Notes: a model not told the origin generated them from the letters alone. Positions 18,674 to 28,989 are shown, numbered from the stretch's first letter. The stretch is 40,227 nt of DNA from Pseudomonadota bacterium (GCA_021845555.1 JAJZVS010000001.1:1-40227), one strand, 5' to 3'. Numbers and translations are program-made.

Positions 18674-20173
18674 TCAGGCGGGCACCGACTTCTCCCGTTT
18701 GCGCTGCACCGAGCTCGGGATGCGCAGCGCCTCGCGGTATTTGGCCACGGTCCGCCGGGCAATGTCCACGCCTTCCTGGCGCAGCGCCGCCACCAGGTCG
18801 TCGTCCGACAGGACGCCGTGTGGCGGTTCCGCCTCGACCAGGGCGCGGATGCGGTGGCGCACCGTCTCGGCGCTGTGGGTTGCGCCGCCGTTCGTTCCTG
18901 CGATCGCGGTGGTAAAGAAATACTTGAGCTCGAAGGTGCCGCGCGGGGTGGCGATGTATTTGTTCGCGGTCACCCGGCTGACGGTGCTCTCGTGCAGTTC
19001 CACCTCGGCGGCGATGTCGCGCAGGATCAGCGGGCGGAGGTGGGCGATGCCGTGGCGCAGGAAGCCGTCCTGGCGGCGCACGATCTCGGCCGCCACCTTC
19101 AGGATCGTCTGGCTGCGCTGGGCCAGCGATTTCACCAGCCAGTTGGCGCTGGCCAGCTGCTCGGCCAGGAAGCCGCGGTCTTCCTTGGCGGCGCGCGGGG
19201 CGATGCGGGTGTAGAGCCCGCGGTTGGCCAGCACCCGCGGCAGCGTTTCGGGATTGAGTTCCAAGATCCAGCCGCCGGCGCCGTCCGGGCGCATCAGCAC
19301 GTCCGGGATGACCGGCACCATCGGCGTCCGGTCCCAGCTCCAGGCCGGCTTGGGATCGAGCGCGCGCAGTTCGGCGATCATCTCGGTCAAATCCTCGGCA
19401 TCGACGGCGCAGGCCGCCATCAGCCGGCGCATGTCGCGCTTCGCCAGCAGGTCGAGATGGTCGAGCAGCGCCGCCATCGCCGGATCGAGTCGGTTGCGTT
19501 CCGCCAGCTGCGCGGCGAGGCATTCCTTCAGGTCGCGCGCGAACAATCCGGTGGGGTCGAAATGCAGCATGCGCGCGCGCACCGCTTCCACCCGCTCCAC
19601 CGTCACGCCCATCGCGCCGGCGATCGCTTCTGGCGTGGCGGTAAGCCGCCCGGCGGGGCACAGCAGCGCGATCAGATGCGCGCCGATCAGCCGCTCGGCC
19701 GGATCGGCGAAATTGAGGCGGAGCTGCTCGCCGAGGTGTTCGCGCAAGGACGGGCGCTCGGCGGCGAAGGCTTCGATACCGCGGTCGTCCTCGGAGAAAT
19801 CGGTGGTCCCGCCATGTCCGGATCCGAACGCGGCCGGGCCGCCGTCGGCCGGTCCGCCGGCGTCGTAGGGTTCCGCGTGCTCGGCATCGAGCGGGGACTC
19901 GCCGGCGGCGGGCAGCGTGTCGGCCTGGGCGCGCTCGGCGGTATCGGCATCGGGCCGGTCGGGCAGCGGCGTCTGGTCGGGCGCGGCGCGCTCGCGGGGG
20001 ATCAGATCCTCGGCTTCGGCGCGTTCGAGCAGCGGGTTGCGTTCGAGCTCAGACTCGACGAAGGCGGCGACTTCGAGGTTGGAATATTGCAGCAGCTTGA
20101 TCGCCTGACGCAGCTGCGGCGTCATCACCAGCGATTGGCCCTGGCGGAGTTCGAGACGGGGGCCGATCGCCAT
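18674..20173 (-). CDS. rpoN: RNA polymerase sigma-54 factor
   Basis: 499 aa: N-terminal LRQGQSLVMTPQLRQAIKLLQ and C-terminal RpoN box ARRTVAKYREAL. Confidence 0.96.
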   Translation of the reverse strand: MAIGPRLELRQGQSLVMTPQLRQAIKLLQYSNLEVAAFVESELERNPLLERAEAEDLIPRERAAPDQTPLPDRPDADTAERAQADTLPAAGESPLDAEHAEPYDAGGPADGGPAAFGSGHGGTTDFSEDDRGIEAFAAERPSLREHLGEQLRLNFADPAERLIGAHLIALLCPAGRLTATPEAIAGAMGVTVERVEAVRARMLHFDPTGLFARDLKECLAAQLAERNRLDPAMAALLDHLDLLAKRDMRRLMAACAVDAEDLTEMIAELRALDPKPAWSWDRTPMVPVIPDVLMRPDGAGGWILELNPETLPRVLANRGLYTRIAPRAAKEDRGFLAEQLASANWLVKSLAQRSQTILKVAAEIVRRQDGFLRHGIAHLRPLILRDIAAEVELHESTVSRVTANKYIATPRGTFELKYFFTTAIAGTNGGATHSAETVRHRIRALVEAEPPHGVLSDDDLVAALRQEGVDIARRTVAKYREALRIPSSVQRKREKSVPA

Positions 20174-20190
20174 GGTCGAAGGGTATCCGG

Positions 20191-21009
20191 TTACAGGCTG
20201 AACCGTTCGCCGAGATAGACGCGGCGCACGTCGGCGTGCGCGACCACCTCCTGCGGGCGGCCCTCCATCAGAACCTGGCCGTCGTGGAGGATATAGGCGC
20301 GGTCGATGATCTCCAGCGTTTCTCTAACGTTATGATCGGTGATCAGCACGCCGATGCCGCGATGCTTGAGGTGGGACACCAGATCGCGGATCTCCCCCAC
20401 CGCAATCGGATCGATGCCGGCCAGCGGCTCGTCGAGCAGGATGTAGGACGGCTGTGTCGCCAGCGCGCGGGCGATCTCCACCCGGCGGCGTTCGCCGCCC
20501 GAGAGCGCGAGCGCGGGGGTGCGGCGCAGGTGGCCGATGCCGAATTCGGCCAGCAGCTCGTCCAGCATGACGTCGCGGCGGTCGGCGTCGGGTTCCGCCA
20601 CTTCCAGCGCGGCCATGATGTTCTGCTCGACGTTCAGGCCGCGGAACACGCTGGCTTCCTGCGGCAGGTAGCCGATGCCGAGGCGGGCGCGGCGGTACAT
20701 CGGCAGCGCGGTGATGTCGGTGCCTTCCAGGCTGATCGCGCCGGTATCGGGGCGCACCAGGCCGACGATCATGTAGAAGGTGGTGGTCTTGCCGGCGCCG
20801 TTCGGACCGAGCAGGCCGACCGCCTCGCCGCGGCGGACCGTGATGGTGACGTTCCGCACCACCGGACGCTTGTTGTAGGTCTTGCCGACGCTGATTGCCG
20901 CGAGGCCGCCGCCGGCGGGCAGCACCCGTAGATCGGGACGGTTACGGTCCGATGCGGCGGCGGGAGGCAGGCGGGACTCGTGCGCGGCGCCCGGCGGGAG
21001 CGTGCTCAT
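20191..21009 (-). CDS. lptB: LPS export ABC transporter ATP-binding protein
   Basis: [11 protein letters not shown] Walker [16 protein letters not shown] signature and ILLDEP Walker B. Positioned between lptA and rpoN. The ATG overlaps the lptA stop (ATGA). Confidence 0.92.
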   Translation of the reverse strand: MSTLPPGAAHESRLPPAAASDRNRPDLRVLPAGGGLAAISVGKTYNKRPVVRNVTITVRRGEAVGLLGPNGAGKTTTFYMIVGLVRPDTGAISLEGTDITALPMYRRARLGIGYLPQEASVFRGLNVEQNIMAALEVAEPDADRRDVMLDELLAEFGIGHLRRTPALALSGGERRRVEIARALATQPSYILLDEPLAGIDPIAVGEIRDLVSHLKHRGIGVLITDHNVRETLEIIDRAYILHDGQVLMEGRPQEVVAHADVRRVYLGERFSL

Positions 21010-22094
21010 GGCCGGCTGCCCCCGGTTGCGGCCGCCGGGGGGGCGACGGGCGTGGCGGGCGTGGCCGGAGCGGGAGCGGGAGCGGGAGCGGTGCCTGGGG
21101 CGGGCGCGGTGCCCGGGGCAGAGGCGGAGGCGGGACCCATTTGCTTGCCGGCGTTCTCGGGCAGGATCAGCCCTTGCACGCGGCCCCGGCCGCCGGCCTG
21201 CAACTGCGCGACGCCGGTGCGCAGATCGACGATCGCCACCTGCCCGGTCAGCTGGTTCTGTCCACGGGTGATGTGGACATTGCCGATCAGCCGGGCGATC
21301 CCGGTCGCGGGGACATAGATGCCGCGATCGCCGGTGACGATATCGGTAGGCGTCCGCAACGAGACGTGGCCGAACGCCTCGACCTTCTTCAGCTGCCCGG
21401 TCCCGGCGGCGGCCGTGCCGGAGGCGCCGGTTGCGGCCGGTCCGGCGGCGGAGGGGGCCGTATAGGCCACCAGCACGTCGGCCGAGATGCGTCGCGCGTC
21501 GCGCGTCACCACCACCGCGTCGCCGCGCGCCACCGCCATGTGTTTGGCGGACCAGTATTCCAGGTCGTCGCGCGCCGTCAGCACGTCGTTCGGCGTGGTG
21601 AGGCGCAGATCGTGCCCGGTCATCACCAGCACGGCCTGATCGAGGTCATACACCGCGCGGTCGCACCGCGCCCGCTGGGTCGGGGTGAAGATGTGCACGT
21701 TTCCTTCGGCCTCGAGCCGGTAGATCTCGTTGCCCGAGGTATCGCCGGTGCCGGGCAGCGCCTCGGTCCCGGGCGGTGCTCCGGGCGGCTTCGCGGCGGG
21801 TTGCGGGGTCGCGGCGCCGGCCTTCTTGCGGTACCACGCCATCAGGCGATCGGCCGTTACGGTGGTGTCCTGGCGGGAAGCGCGCGCGTCGCCATGCGCG
21901 ATCACCTCGTGCTGGGCGCGCAGCCATTCCAGCCCGTCCCGCGCGGTGATGGTGATCGGCCCGCCTTGCGTGAGGTCGATGCCCTGGGCTGCGGCCGGGC
22001 CGCAGCCGGCGGCGGCGATCGCGGCCAGCAGCCCCGCGGCGGCAACCAGGCGGCGGAGGCCGCCGCGCGCGGCCGGTCCTGTCGGGGGGCTCAT
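21006..22094 (-). CDS. lptA: LptA/OstA-like periplasmic LPS transport protein with Pro/Ala-rich insert and tail
   Basis: 362 aa from ATG 22094 (ATGA overlap with the lptC stop). Signal peptide [25 protein letters not shown]. OstA-like repeats ([11 protein letters not shown]..., [25 protein letters not shown]). Position in the operon supports the call. Confidence 0.8.
   Translation of the reverse strand: MSPPTGPAARGGLRRLVAAAGLLAAIAAAGCGPAAAQGIDLTQGGPITITARDGLEWLRAQHEVIAHGDARASRQDTTVTADRLMAWYRKKAGAATPQPAAKPPGAPPGTEALPGTGDTSGNEIYRLEAEGNVHIFTPTQRARCDRAVYDLDQAVLVMTGHDLRLTTPNDVLTARDDLEYWSAKHMAVARGDAVVVTRDARRISADVLVAYTAPSAAGPAATGASGTAAAGTGQLKKVEAFGHVSLRTPTDIVTGDRGIYVPATGIARLIGNVHITRGQNQLTGQVAIVDLRTGVAQLQAGGRGRVQGLILPENAGKQMGPASASAPGTAPAPGTAPAPAPAPATPATPVAPPAAATGGSRP
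21065..21126. repeat. short tandem repeats inside the lptA 3' end, encoding an (A/P/G/T)-rich tail
   Basis: CCGGAG followed by CGGGAG x3 (21065-21088), then two imperfect 18-nt units GTGCCTGGGGCGGGCGCG / GTGCCCGGGGCAGAGGCG (21091-21126). They encode ...[24 protein letters not shown]. Confidence 0.75.
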
Positions 22095-22822
22095 CGGGAG
22101 GCTCCATCCAGCACCAGCCGGACCGGGCCGGCGAATTGCAGGCTGTCGCCGCGGTCGAGCAGGGTGAATCCGCCCTGGGCGGTGAGCTTGCCGAACGGGC
22201 CGGTGGCGTGCACCGGCGCCGCGCCGGCGGCGGCGCCGTGGCGCAGGTCGATCGCGGCGCTGTCGGTCATCACGGTGGTGCCGTCGTCGCGATACAGGGT
22301 GACGTCGCGCGACAGATCGAGCGCGTTCTCGTTCTGCCGGTACACCCCGCGCCGCGACTGGAGCATCATCCACGCGCCGCCTTGCAGCGTGATGTCGCCC
22401 TTCGGGTGGTGCAGCACCACGTGATCGGGGTTGAGCTGGCGGGCGATTTCGGCGGTGACCGTGAACGGCTGGCCCTGCTGATCGACGCCGTGGTAGCGGG
22501 CCTCGAACAGCGTGTCCCCGTGCACGGCGCCGGCGAAGCGCTGCAAGCCGATGCGCGCGTGCTCGGTCTGCCGGCGCAGGTCCGGCCAGAGCGCCAGTGC
22601 CACCAGCAAGCCCAAGGCCAGGCTGGGCAGCAGCAGCTTGGTCAGCCGGATCGCCAACCGCCGCCGGGCCAGCCGGCGCGGACTGGGCAGGCGGCGCAGC
22701 TGCGTCAGCGCCTGGCTCATCGCCGACAGGCGAGTACCGGGTGTCGGCGTGCCCTTCGCCGCGGCCGTGGGAAGGGGCGGGGGGGCGCCAAGCTCCGTCA
22801 CGGGCCGGCGGGCCCCGCTCAT
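22091..22822 (-). CDS. lptC: LptC-like LPS export system protein
   Basis: 243 aa from ATG 22822 (ATGA overlap with the kdsD stop). Single N-terminal TM segment LTKLLLPSLALGLLVALALW. Position is between kdsD and lptA. The internal start MSQALTQ is possible. Confidence 0.7.
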   Translation of the reverse strand: MSGARRPVTELGAPPPLPTAAAKGTPTPGTRLSAMSQALTQLRRLPSPRRLARRRLAIRLTKLLLPSLALGLLVALALWPDLRRQTEHARIGLQRFAGAVHGDTLFEARYHGVDQQGQPFTVTAEIARQLNPDHVVLHHPKGDITLQGGAWMMLQSRRGVYRQNENALDLSRDVTLYRDDGTTVMTDSAAIDLRHGAAAGAAPVHATGPFGKLTAQGGFTLLDRGDSLQFAGPVRLVLDGASR

Positions 22823-23781
22823 CCGAGCCCCGCGCGCAGCAGATCGTGGATATGCAGGATGCCGACCGGCCGGCCGGCGGGATCGACCACGAACAGGCTG
22901 GTGACCGGGCGGGCCGGCGCGTTCATCGTGGCCAGCGCCTCGACCGCCATCGCCTCGGCGCCGATCACGCGCGGCTGTTCGGTCATCACCTCTGCGACGC
23001 GGCGGGTCAGCAGCTCTGGTCCCATGTGCCGGCGCAGGTCGCCATCCGTCACCACGCCCGCCAGCAGCCCGTCCGCGCCCACCACGCCGAGGCAGCCGAA
23101 GCGCTTTTCGGTCATCAGCAGCAGGGCGCGGTCCATGCGGGTCTCGGGCGAGGCCAGCGGCACCGCGTCCCCGCTGTGCATCAGTTCGCGCACGCGCCGC
23201 AGCCGCGCGCCCAGCCGCCCGCCGGGGTGGAAGCGGCGGAACTCGGTCGCGGTGAAGCCGCGTCGGGTGAGCAGCGCCACCGCCAGCGCGTCGCCGAGCG
23301 CCATCTGCATCAGCGTGCTGGTGGTGGGCGCAAGGCCCATCGGGCAGGCCTCGGCGGCGGGCGGCAGCAGCAGCACCACGTCGGCGGCCTGCGCCAGGGC
23401 CGAGCCAGCGCCAGCGGTGACCGCCACCAGTGGCAAGCCGAAGCGCCGGGTATGCGCCACCAGATCGGCCAGTTCGGGGGTCTCGCCGGAATTGGACAGC
23501 GCCAGCACCGCGTCCCCGGCGACGATCATGCCGAGATCGCCGTGCGAGGCCTCGGCCGGATGCACGAACAGGGCCGGGGTGCCGGTGGAGGCCAGGGTGG
23601 CGGCGATCTTGCGCCCGACATGGCCGGACTTGCCCATGCCGGAGACGACCACCCGCCCGGCGGCCTCGGCCAGCAGCGCCACCGCGCGGGCGAACCGCTC
23701 GTCGAGCGCGGCGGCCAGGGCGCGCAGCCCCGCCGCCTCGGTGGCCAGCACGGACCGCGCCACTTCGAGTTCGGTGGGCAC
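22819..23781 (-). CDS. kdsD: arabinose-5-phosphate isomerase (KdsD/KpsF family; SIS plus tandem CBS domains)
   Basis: VVVSGMGKSGHVGRKIAATLASTGTPALFVHPAEASHGDLG, LGLAPTTSTLMQMALGDALA and C-terminal GILHIHDLLRAGLG. There is no in-frame ATG. I propose GTG 23781 (320 aa); TTG 23865 is also in frame. Confidence 0.85.
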   Translation of the reverse strand: MPTELEVARSVLATEAAGLRALAAALDERFARAVALLAEAAGRVVVSGMGKSGHVGRKIAATLASTGTPALFVHPAEASHGDLGMIVAGDAVLALSNSGETPELADLVAHTRRFGLPLVAVTAGAGSALAQAADVVLLLPPAAEACPMGLAPTTSTLMQMALGDALAVALLTRRGFTATEFRRFHPGGRLGARLRRVRELMHSGDAVPLASPETRMDRALLLMTEKRFGCLGVVGADGLLAGVVTDGDLRRHMGPELLTRRVAEVMTEQPRVIGAEAMAVEALATMNAPARPVTSLFVVDPAGRPVGILHIHDLLRAGLG

Positions 23782-23883
23782 GGGAGCGAGAGCGGCGGGC
23801 GTGGCGATCGGAGCGGTCCTTGTTGCGGCTCGTCTCTGTATGGGTCGCGGTCCGGGGCCGGTCAACCATGCGGGAGGGCGCGA

Positions 23884-23898
23884 ACAAATTTCGTGCCA
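23884..23898 (-). promoter_or_regulatory. sigma-54-type (-24/-12) promoter-like motif facing kdsD-lptCAB-rpoN-hpf
   Basis: The minus strand reads cTGGCACGaaatTTGTt against the consensus YTGGCACGrNNNTTGCW. The only mismatch is C to T at the -12 GC. It sits in a locally AT-rich patch about 100 nt upstream of the proposed kdsD start. Confidence 0.35.
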
Positions 23899-23916
23899 GA
23901 ATGTGACACTCCGTAA

Positions 23917-25026
<1,110 letters not shown>

Positions 25027-25029
25027 CGG

Positions 25030-25611
25030 ATGCTGACGCTCTATTTCACCCCGGGATCGAGTTCGCTCGCCGCGCATATCGCGCTGCACGAGGTGGGCGC
25101 GACGTTCGACGCCCGTCCGATCTCGCTGCAAAAGGGGGAGCAGCGCAACCCCGAGTTTCTGGCGCTCAACCCGTTGGGCAAGGTGCCGCTGCTGCTGATC
25201 GACGGCAGGCCGCTGACCGAGGTGGCGGGCATCCTGTGGTACCTCGCCCGCCGCTTCCCCGCGGCCGGGCTGCTGCCGGCGGGCGATCCCGAGGCGGAGG
25301 CGCAGGTCGTGTCCTGGATGTCCTTCGTCGCCTCCACCCTGCACCCGGCGCGCGGGGCGGCGATGGAGCAGGCGTTGGCCGCCTTCGGCGTGGCGGAGAC
25401 GCGGCTGGGGGAGCGGGACTGGGCGGTGGGGGCGTATTCGATCGCTGATATCCATCTGTTCCGGCTGTTCTGGCGCTTCACCGGATCGCGCCATCCGGCG
25501 CCGGGGACGTTCCCCCGGCTGGAGGCGCATGCCGCGCGGGTGATGGCACGCCCGGCAGTGCGGCGGACCTTCGAAGCGGAGGCGGCGGCCGGGTACGAAC
25601 TGCCAGGCTGA
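25030..25611 (+). CDS. glutathione S-transferase
   Basis: 193 aa: MLTLYFTPGSSSLAAHIALHE..., NPLGKVPLL, and a C-terminal GST helical domain. Confidence 0.88.
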   Translation: MLTLYFTPGSSSLAAHIALHEVGATFDARPISLQKGEQRNPEFLALNPLGKVPLLLIDGRPLTEVAGILWYLARRFPAAGLLPAGDPEAEAQVVSWMSFVASTLHPARGAAMEQALAAFGVAETRLGERDWAVGAYSIADIHLFRLFWRFTGSRHPAPGTFPRLEAHAARVMARPAVRRTFEAEAAAGYELPG

Positions 25612-25649
25612 GGACTGGACAAAGCTACGGAAGTCCCGCATAAACGGGC

Positions 25650-25950
25650 ATGACGAGCGATCTGGCGTTCGTCTGGGATGACGCCAAGGCGGCCAGCAAT
25701 CTCGCCAAGCACGGCGTGTCGTTCGCCTATGCGACCCGTGTCCTCCTGGATGCCGCCCGCGTCGATCTGGACGCGACCCGGCCGGGGGACGGGGAGGTTC
25801 GCAGCAGGGCGATCGGGGAGATCGAAGGCCGGTGTTCGCTGTCGTCTATACGCGCCGCGACGGTGCGATCCGGATCATCTCCCCCCCCCCCGCCGCTGCA
25901 ACGCCAGGGAAAGCAAAGCCTATGGTCCGGTTCACGCTCGATCCAGGTAA
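25650..25950 (+). pseudogene. brnT: BrnT/DUF497-family toxin gene interrupted by two frameshifts (or two homopolymer assembly errors)
   Basis: Frame 1: MTSDLAFVWDDAKAASNLAKHGVSFAYATRVL...AIGEIEGR. Frame 2 from 25832: VFAVVYTRRDGAIRIIS. Frame 3 after the C11 run: [13 protein letters not shown]...stop at 25948-25950. Joined together, the three pieces give a collinear BrnT-like sequence. Confidence 0.7.
25881..25891. repeat. homopolymeric C11 tract inside the toxin reading frame
   Basis: Eleven consecutive C, the longest homopolymer I noticed in the window. C9 or C12 would join the IRIIS and RRCNARE segments in frame. Confidence 0.95.
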
Positions 25951-26326
25951 CCCGCCGCGGCAGGCCCCCGCCGAACAGGCGCGCCTGGCCCGCGCGACCG
26001 ACGCGGCACTGACCGCGGCGGCGGCGGCCAACCCCGATAATCCCCCCCTCTCGGCCGAGGAGCTGGCGCGTCTGGAGGGGGCTCGCCTCGTGCGTGCGGT
26101 GCGCGCCCATACCGGACTGAGCCAGGCGCGGTTCGCCCGCGCCTATCATATCAATGTCGCTCGCCTTCGCGACCTGGAGCAGGGGCGGACCCGGCCCGAC
26201 AGCGCCCTGCTGGCTTATCTGGCGGTGATCGATCGCGAGCCGGCGGCGGTGGAACGAGCCTTGGGTCGGCGCGACCGATCCCCCGCCTGGGCCGGGGGTT
26301 GCAGCGCTTCCAGCCGGACGCCATAG
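25922..26326 (+). CDS. helix-turn-helix (XRE-like) antitoxin partner of the BrnT-family toxin
   Basis: 134 aa from ATG 25922: ...[72 protein letters not shown]. It overlaps the reconstructed toxin 3' end by 29 nt. Confidence 0.7.
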   Translation: MVRFTLDPGNPPRQAPAEQARLARATDAALTAAAAANPDNPPLSAEELARLEGARLVRAVRAHTGLSQARFARAYHINVARLRDLEQGRTRPDSALLAYLAVIDREPAAVERALGRRDRSPAWAGGCSASSRTP

Positions 26327-26363
26327 ACCAACCGAGATTCCCGTTCCCGGAGACCCCGCGCCC

Positions 26364-28295
26364 ATGCCCGCCATCACCCTGCCCGACGGTTCCGTGCGCC
26401 ACTTTCCCGCACCCGTCACCGGCACCGCGGTGGCCGAGGCGATCGGCCCCGGCCTCGCCCGCGCCGCGCTGGCGATGAAGCTCGACGGCAAGCTGGTCGA
26501 TCTGGCCACCGAGATCACCCGCGACGCCTCAGTGGTTTTCGTCACCCGCCGCGATCCGGACGCGCTGGAATTGATCCGCCACGACGCCGCGCATGTGCTG
26601 GCCGAGGCCGTGCAGGCGCTGTTCCCCGGCACCCAGGTGACCATCGGCCCGTCGATCGACAACGGCTTCTACTACGACTTCGCCCGCAACGAGCCGTTCA
26701 CGCCGGAGGACTTCCCGGCGATCGAGGCGAAGATGCGCGAGATCGTCGCCCGCGGCGCCGCGTTCAAGCGCCGCGTGATCGACCGCGACGACGCGATCCG
26801 CTTCTTCCAGGACAAGGGCGAGAAGTACAAGGCCGAGCTGATCCAGGACCTGCCGAAGACCGAGGCGATCAGCCTCTATACGCAAGGCGACTGGGTCGAT
26901 CTCTGCCGCGGCCCGCATCTGCGCACCACCGCGGACGTGGGGCCGGCGTTCAAGCTGATGAAGGTGGCCGGCGCCTATTGGCGCGGCGATCACCGCAACG
27001 CCATGCTGAGCCGCATCTACGGCACCGCCTGGCGCGACCAGAAGGAGCTCGACGCCTACCTCCACCAGCTGGAGGAAGCCGAGCGCCGCGACCACCGCCG
27101 GATCGGCAAGGAAATGGACCTGTTCCATATCCAGGAGGAGGCGGTCGGCAGCATCTTCTGGCACCCGAACGGCTGGCGCCTGTATCGCATTGCCGAATCC
27201 TACATGCGCCGCCGGCTGGACGCTGCCGGCTACCAGGAGGTGCGCACGCCGCAGCTGGTCGATCGGGCGCTCTGGGAAGCCTCCGGCCATTGGGAGAAGT
27301 TCCGCGAGCACATGTTCATCGCCCGGGTCGAGGACGAGGACAAAGTCCTCGCCCTGAAGCCGATGAACTGCCCCTGCCACGTGCAGATCTTCCGCCAGGG
27401 CGTGCGGTCGTACCGCGAGCTGCCGCTGCGCATGGCCGAATTCGGCGCCTGCCACCGCTACGAACCCTCGGGCGCTTTGCACGGCATCATGCGGGTGCGC
27501 GCGTTCACCCAGGACGACGCCCATATCTTCTGCACAGAAGACCAGATCGCCGACGAGACGGTGCGCTTCGTCGCGCTGCTGTCCTCGATCTACGCCGATT
27601 TCGGCTTCCCCGAGTTCAAGGTGAAGTTCTCCGACCGCCCCGCCGTGCGCGCCGGCGAGGACGCGGTCTGGGACCGCGCCGAGTCCGCGCTGCGCGAAGC
27701 CTGCGCCACCGCCGGCGTGGACTACACCCTGAACCCCGGGGAGGGCGCGTTCTACGGCCCCAAGCTGGAATTCGTCCTGCGCGACGCGATCGGGCGGGAC
27801 TGGCAATGCGGCACCCTGCAGGTGGATTTCGTCCTGCCGGAACGGCTGGACGCCGAATACACCGCCGCCGACGGCGCCCGTCGCCGCCCGGTGATGTTGC
27901 ACCGGGCGATCCTGGGCAGTTTCGAGCGCTTCCTGGGCATCCTGATCGAGCAATACGCCGGCCGCTTCCCGCTCTGGCTCGCCCCGGTGCAGGCGGTGGT
28001 GGCGACCATCGTCTCCGACGCCGATGCCTATGCCGGAGAGGTCGCCGCGGCGCTGGGCCGGGCCGGGATCATGGTGGTGCAGGACCTCGGCAACCAGAAG
28101 ATCAACGCCAAGGTCCGCACCCACAGCCTGGCCCATGTGCCGGTCCTGGTGGTGGTGGGACGCAAGGAAGCCGAGACGCGTACGGTTGCCCTGCGCCGGC
28201 TGGGCAGCCAGGCGCAGCAGGTGCTCCCGCTGGACGCCGCGGTGGCGGCCCTTGCGACGGAGGCGACGCCGCCCGATCTGATCCGGAGCATGTGA
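26364..28295 (+). CDS. thrS: threonine--tRNA ligase
   Basis: 643 aa: TGS domain ([11 protein letters not shown]), second additional domain, class II core (FRHEPSG-like [27 protein letters not shown]) and anticodon-binding domain. Confidence 0.96.
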   Translation: MPAITLPDGSVRHFPAPVTGTAVAEAIGPGLARAALAMKLDGKLVDLATEITRDASVVFVTRRDPDALELIRHDAAHVLAEAVQALFPGTQVTIGPSIDNGFYYDFARNEPFTPEDFPAIEAKMREIVARGAAFKRRVIDRDDAIRFFQDKGEKYKAELIQDLPKTEAISLYTQGDWVDLCRGPHLRTTADVGPAFKLMKVAGAYWRGDHRNAMLSRIYGTAWRDQKELDAYLHQLEEAERRDHRRIGKEMDLFHIQEEAVGSIFWHPNGWRLYRIAESYMRRRLDAAGYQEVRTPQLVDRALWEASGHWEKFREHMFIARVEDEDKVLALKPMNCPCHVQIFRQGVRSYRELPLRMAEFGACHRYEPSGALHGIMRVRAFTQDDAHIFCTEDQIADETVRFVALLSSIYADFGFPEFKVKFSDRPAVRAGEDAVWDRAESALREACATAGVDYTLNPGEGAFYGPKLEFVLRDAIGRDWQCGTLQVDFVLPERLDAEYTAADGARRRPVMLHRAILGSFERFLGILIEQYAGRFPLWLAPVQAVVATIVSDADAYAGEVAAALGRAGIMVVQDLGNQKINAKVRTHSLAHVPVLVVVGRKEAETRTVALRRLGSQAQQVLPLDAAVAALATEATPPDLIRSM

Positions 28296-28315
28296 GCCGC
28301 GCGGCCACGATCCGC

Positions 28316-28344
28316 TTGACAAGCCCGGCCTGGACGGCGCTTAG
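28316..28344 (+). promoter_or_regulatory. candidate sigma-70-type promoter for infC
   Basis: Perfect TTGACA at 28316-28321, then a 17-nt spacer, then GCTTAG (a weak -10, loosely like the alphaproteobacterial GCTANAWC). Confidence 0.3.
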
Positions 28345-28467
28345 GCGGGACGCTGGGTCGCGCCGCCCTGGCTTGATCCGGGGGGGCTTGATCGGCCACA
28401 CTCTCTCCGGTCGTGAACCGACCGGCCGCTGCAACAACGACAGGAGAAGACCATAGCAAGAGGACCG

Positions 28468-28989
28468 ATGGCCGCGTCGCCAACCCGCGACGGGCCCCGC
28501 GTGAACGAGGAAATCCGCGTCCCGCAAGTGCGCCTGATCGACCAGGACGGCGAGATGCAGGGGGTGATGAGCACGCGGGACGCGCAGAGCCGCGCCTTCG
28601 CCGTGGGCCTCGACCTGGTGGAGATCAGCCCCAACGCCGAGCCGCCGGTCGCCAAGATCCTGGACTTCGGCAAGTTCAAATACGAACAGCAGAAGAAAAA
28701 GAACGAGGCCAAGAAGAAGCAGAAGGTCATCGAGATCAAGGAGATCAAGGTCCGCCCCAATATCGACGAGAACGACTATCAGGTGAAGATGCGCGCCATG
28801 AAGTCGTTCATCGAGGAGGGGGACAAGGTCAAGGTGACGCTGCGCTTCCGTGGCCGCGAGATGGCGCACCAGGAGATCGGCGCCCGCGTGCTGGAGCGTA
28901 TCCGCGAGGAAATGGACCCGGTCACCAAGGTCGAGCAGTTCCCGCGGATGGAAAACCGCCAGATGGTGATGGTGCTGTCGCCGCGCTGA
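28468..28989 (+). CDS. infC: translation initiation factor IF-3
   Basis: 173 aa: [49 protein letters not shown], and a C-terminal [15 protein letters not shown] domain. An in-frame ATA at 28453 with better SD spacing is an alternative start (see findings). Confidence 0.93.
   Translation: MAASPTRDGPRVNEEIRVPQVRLIDQDGEMQGVMSTRDAQSRAFAVGLDLVEISPNAEPPVAKILDFGKFKYEQQKKKNEAKKKQKVIEIKEIKVRPNIDENDYQVKMRAMKSFIEEGDKVKVTLRFRGREMAHQEIGARVLERIREEMDPVTKVEQFPRMENRQMVMVLSPR

Noticed and set aside
21006-22373. 455-aa version of the lptA ORF and 598-aa version of the lptC ORF (22091..23887)
   Set aside because: The N-terminal extensions overlap the preceding genes in other frames. ATGA-coupled internal ATGs at 22094 and 22822 give signal-peptide or TM N-termini, as expected.
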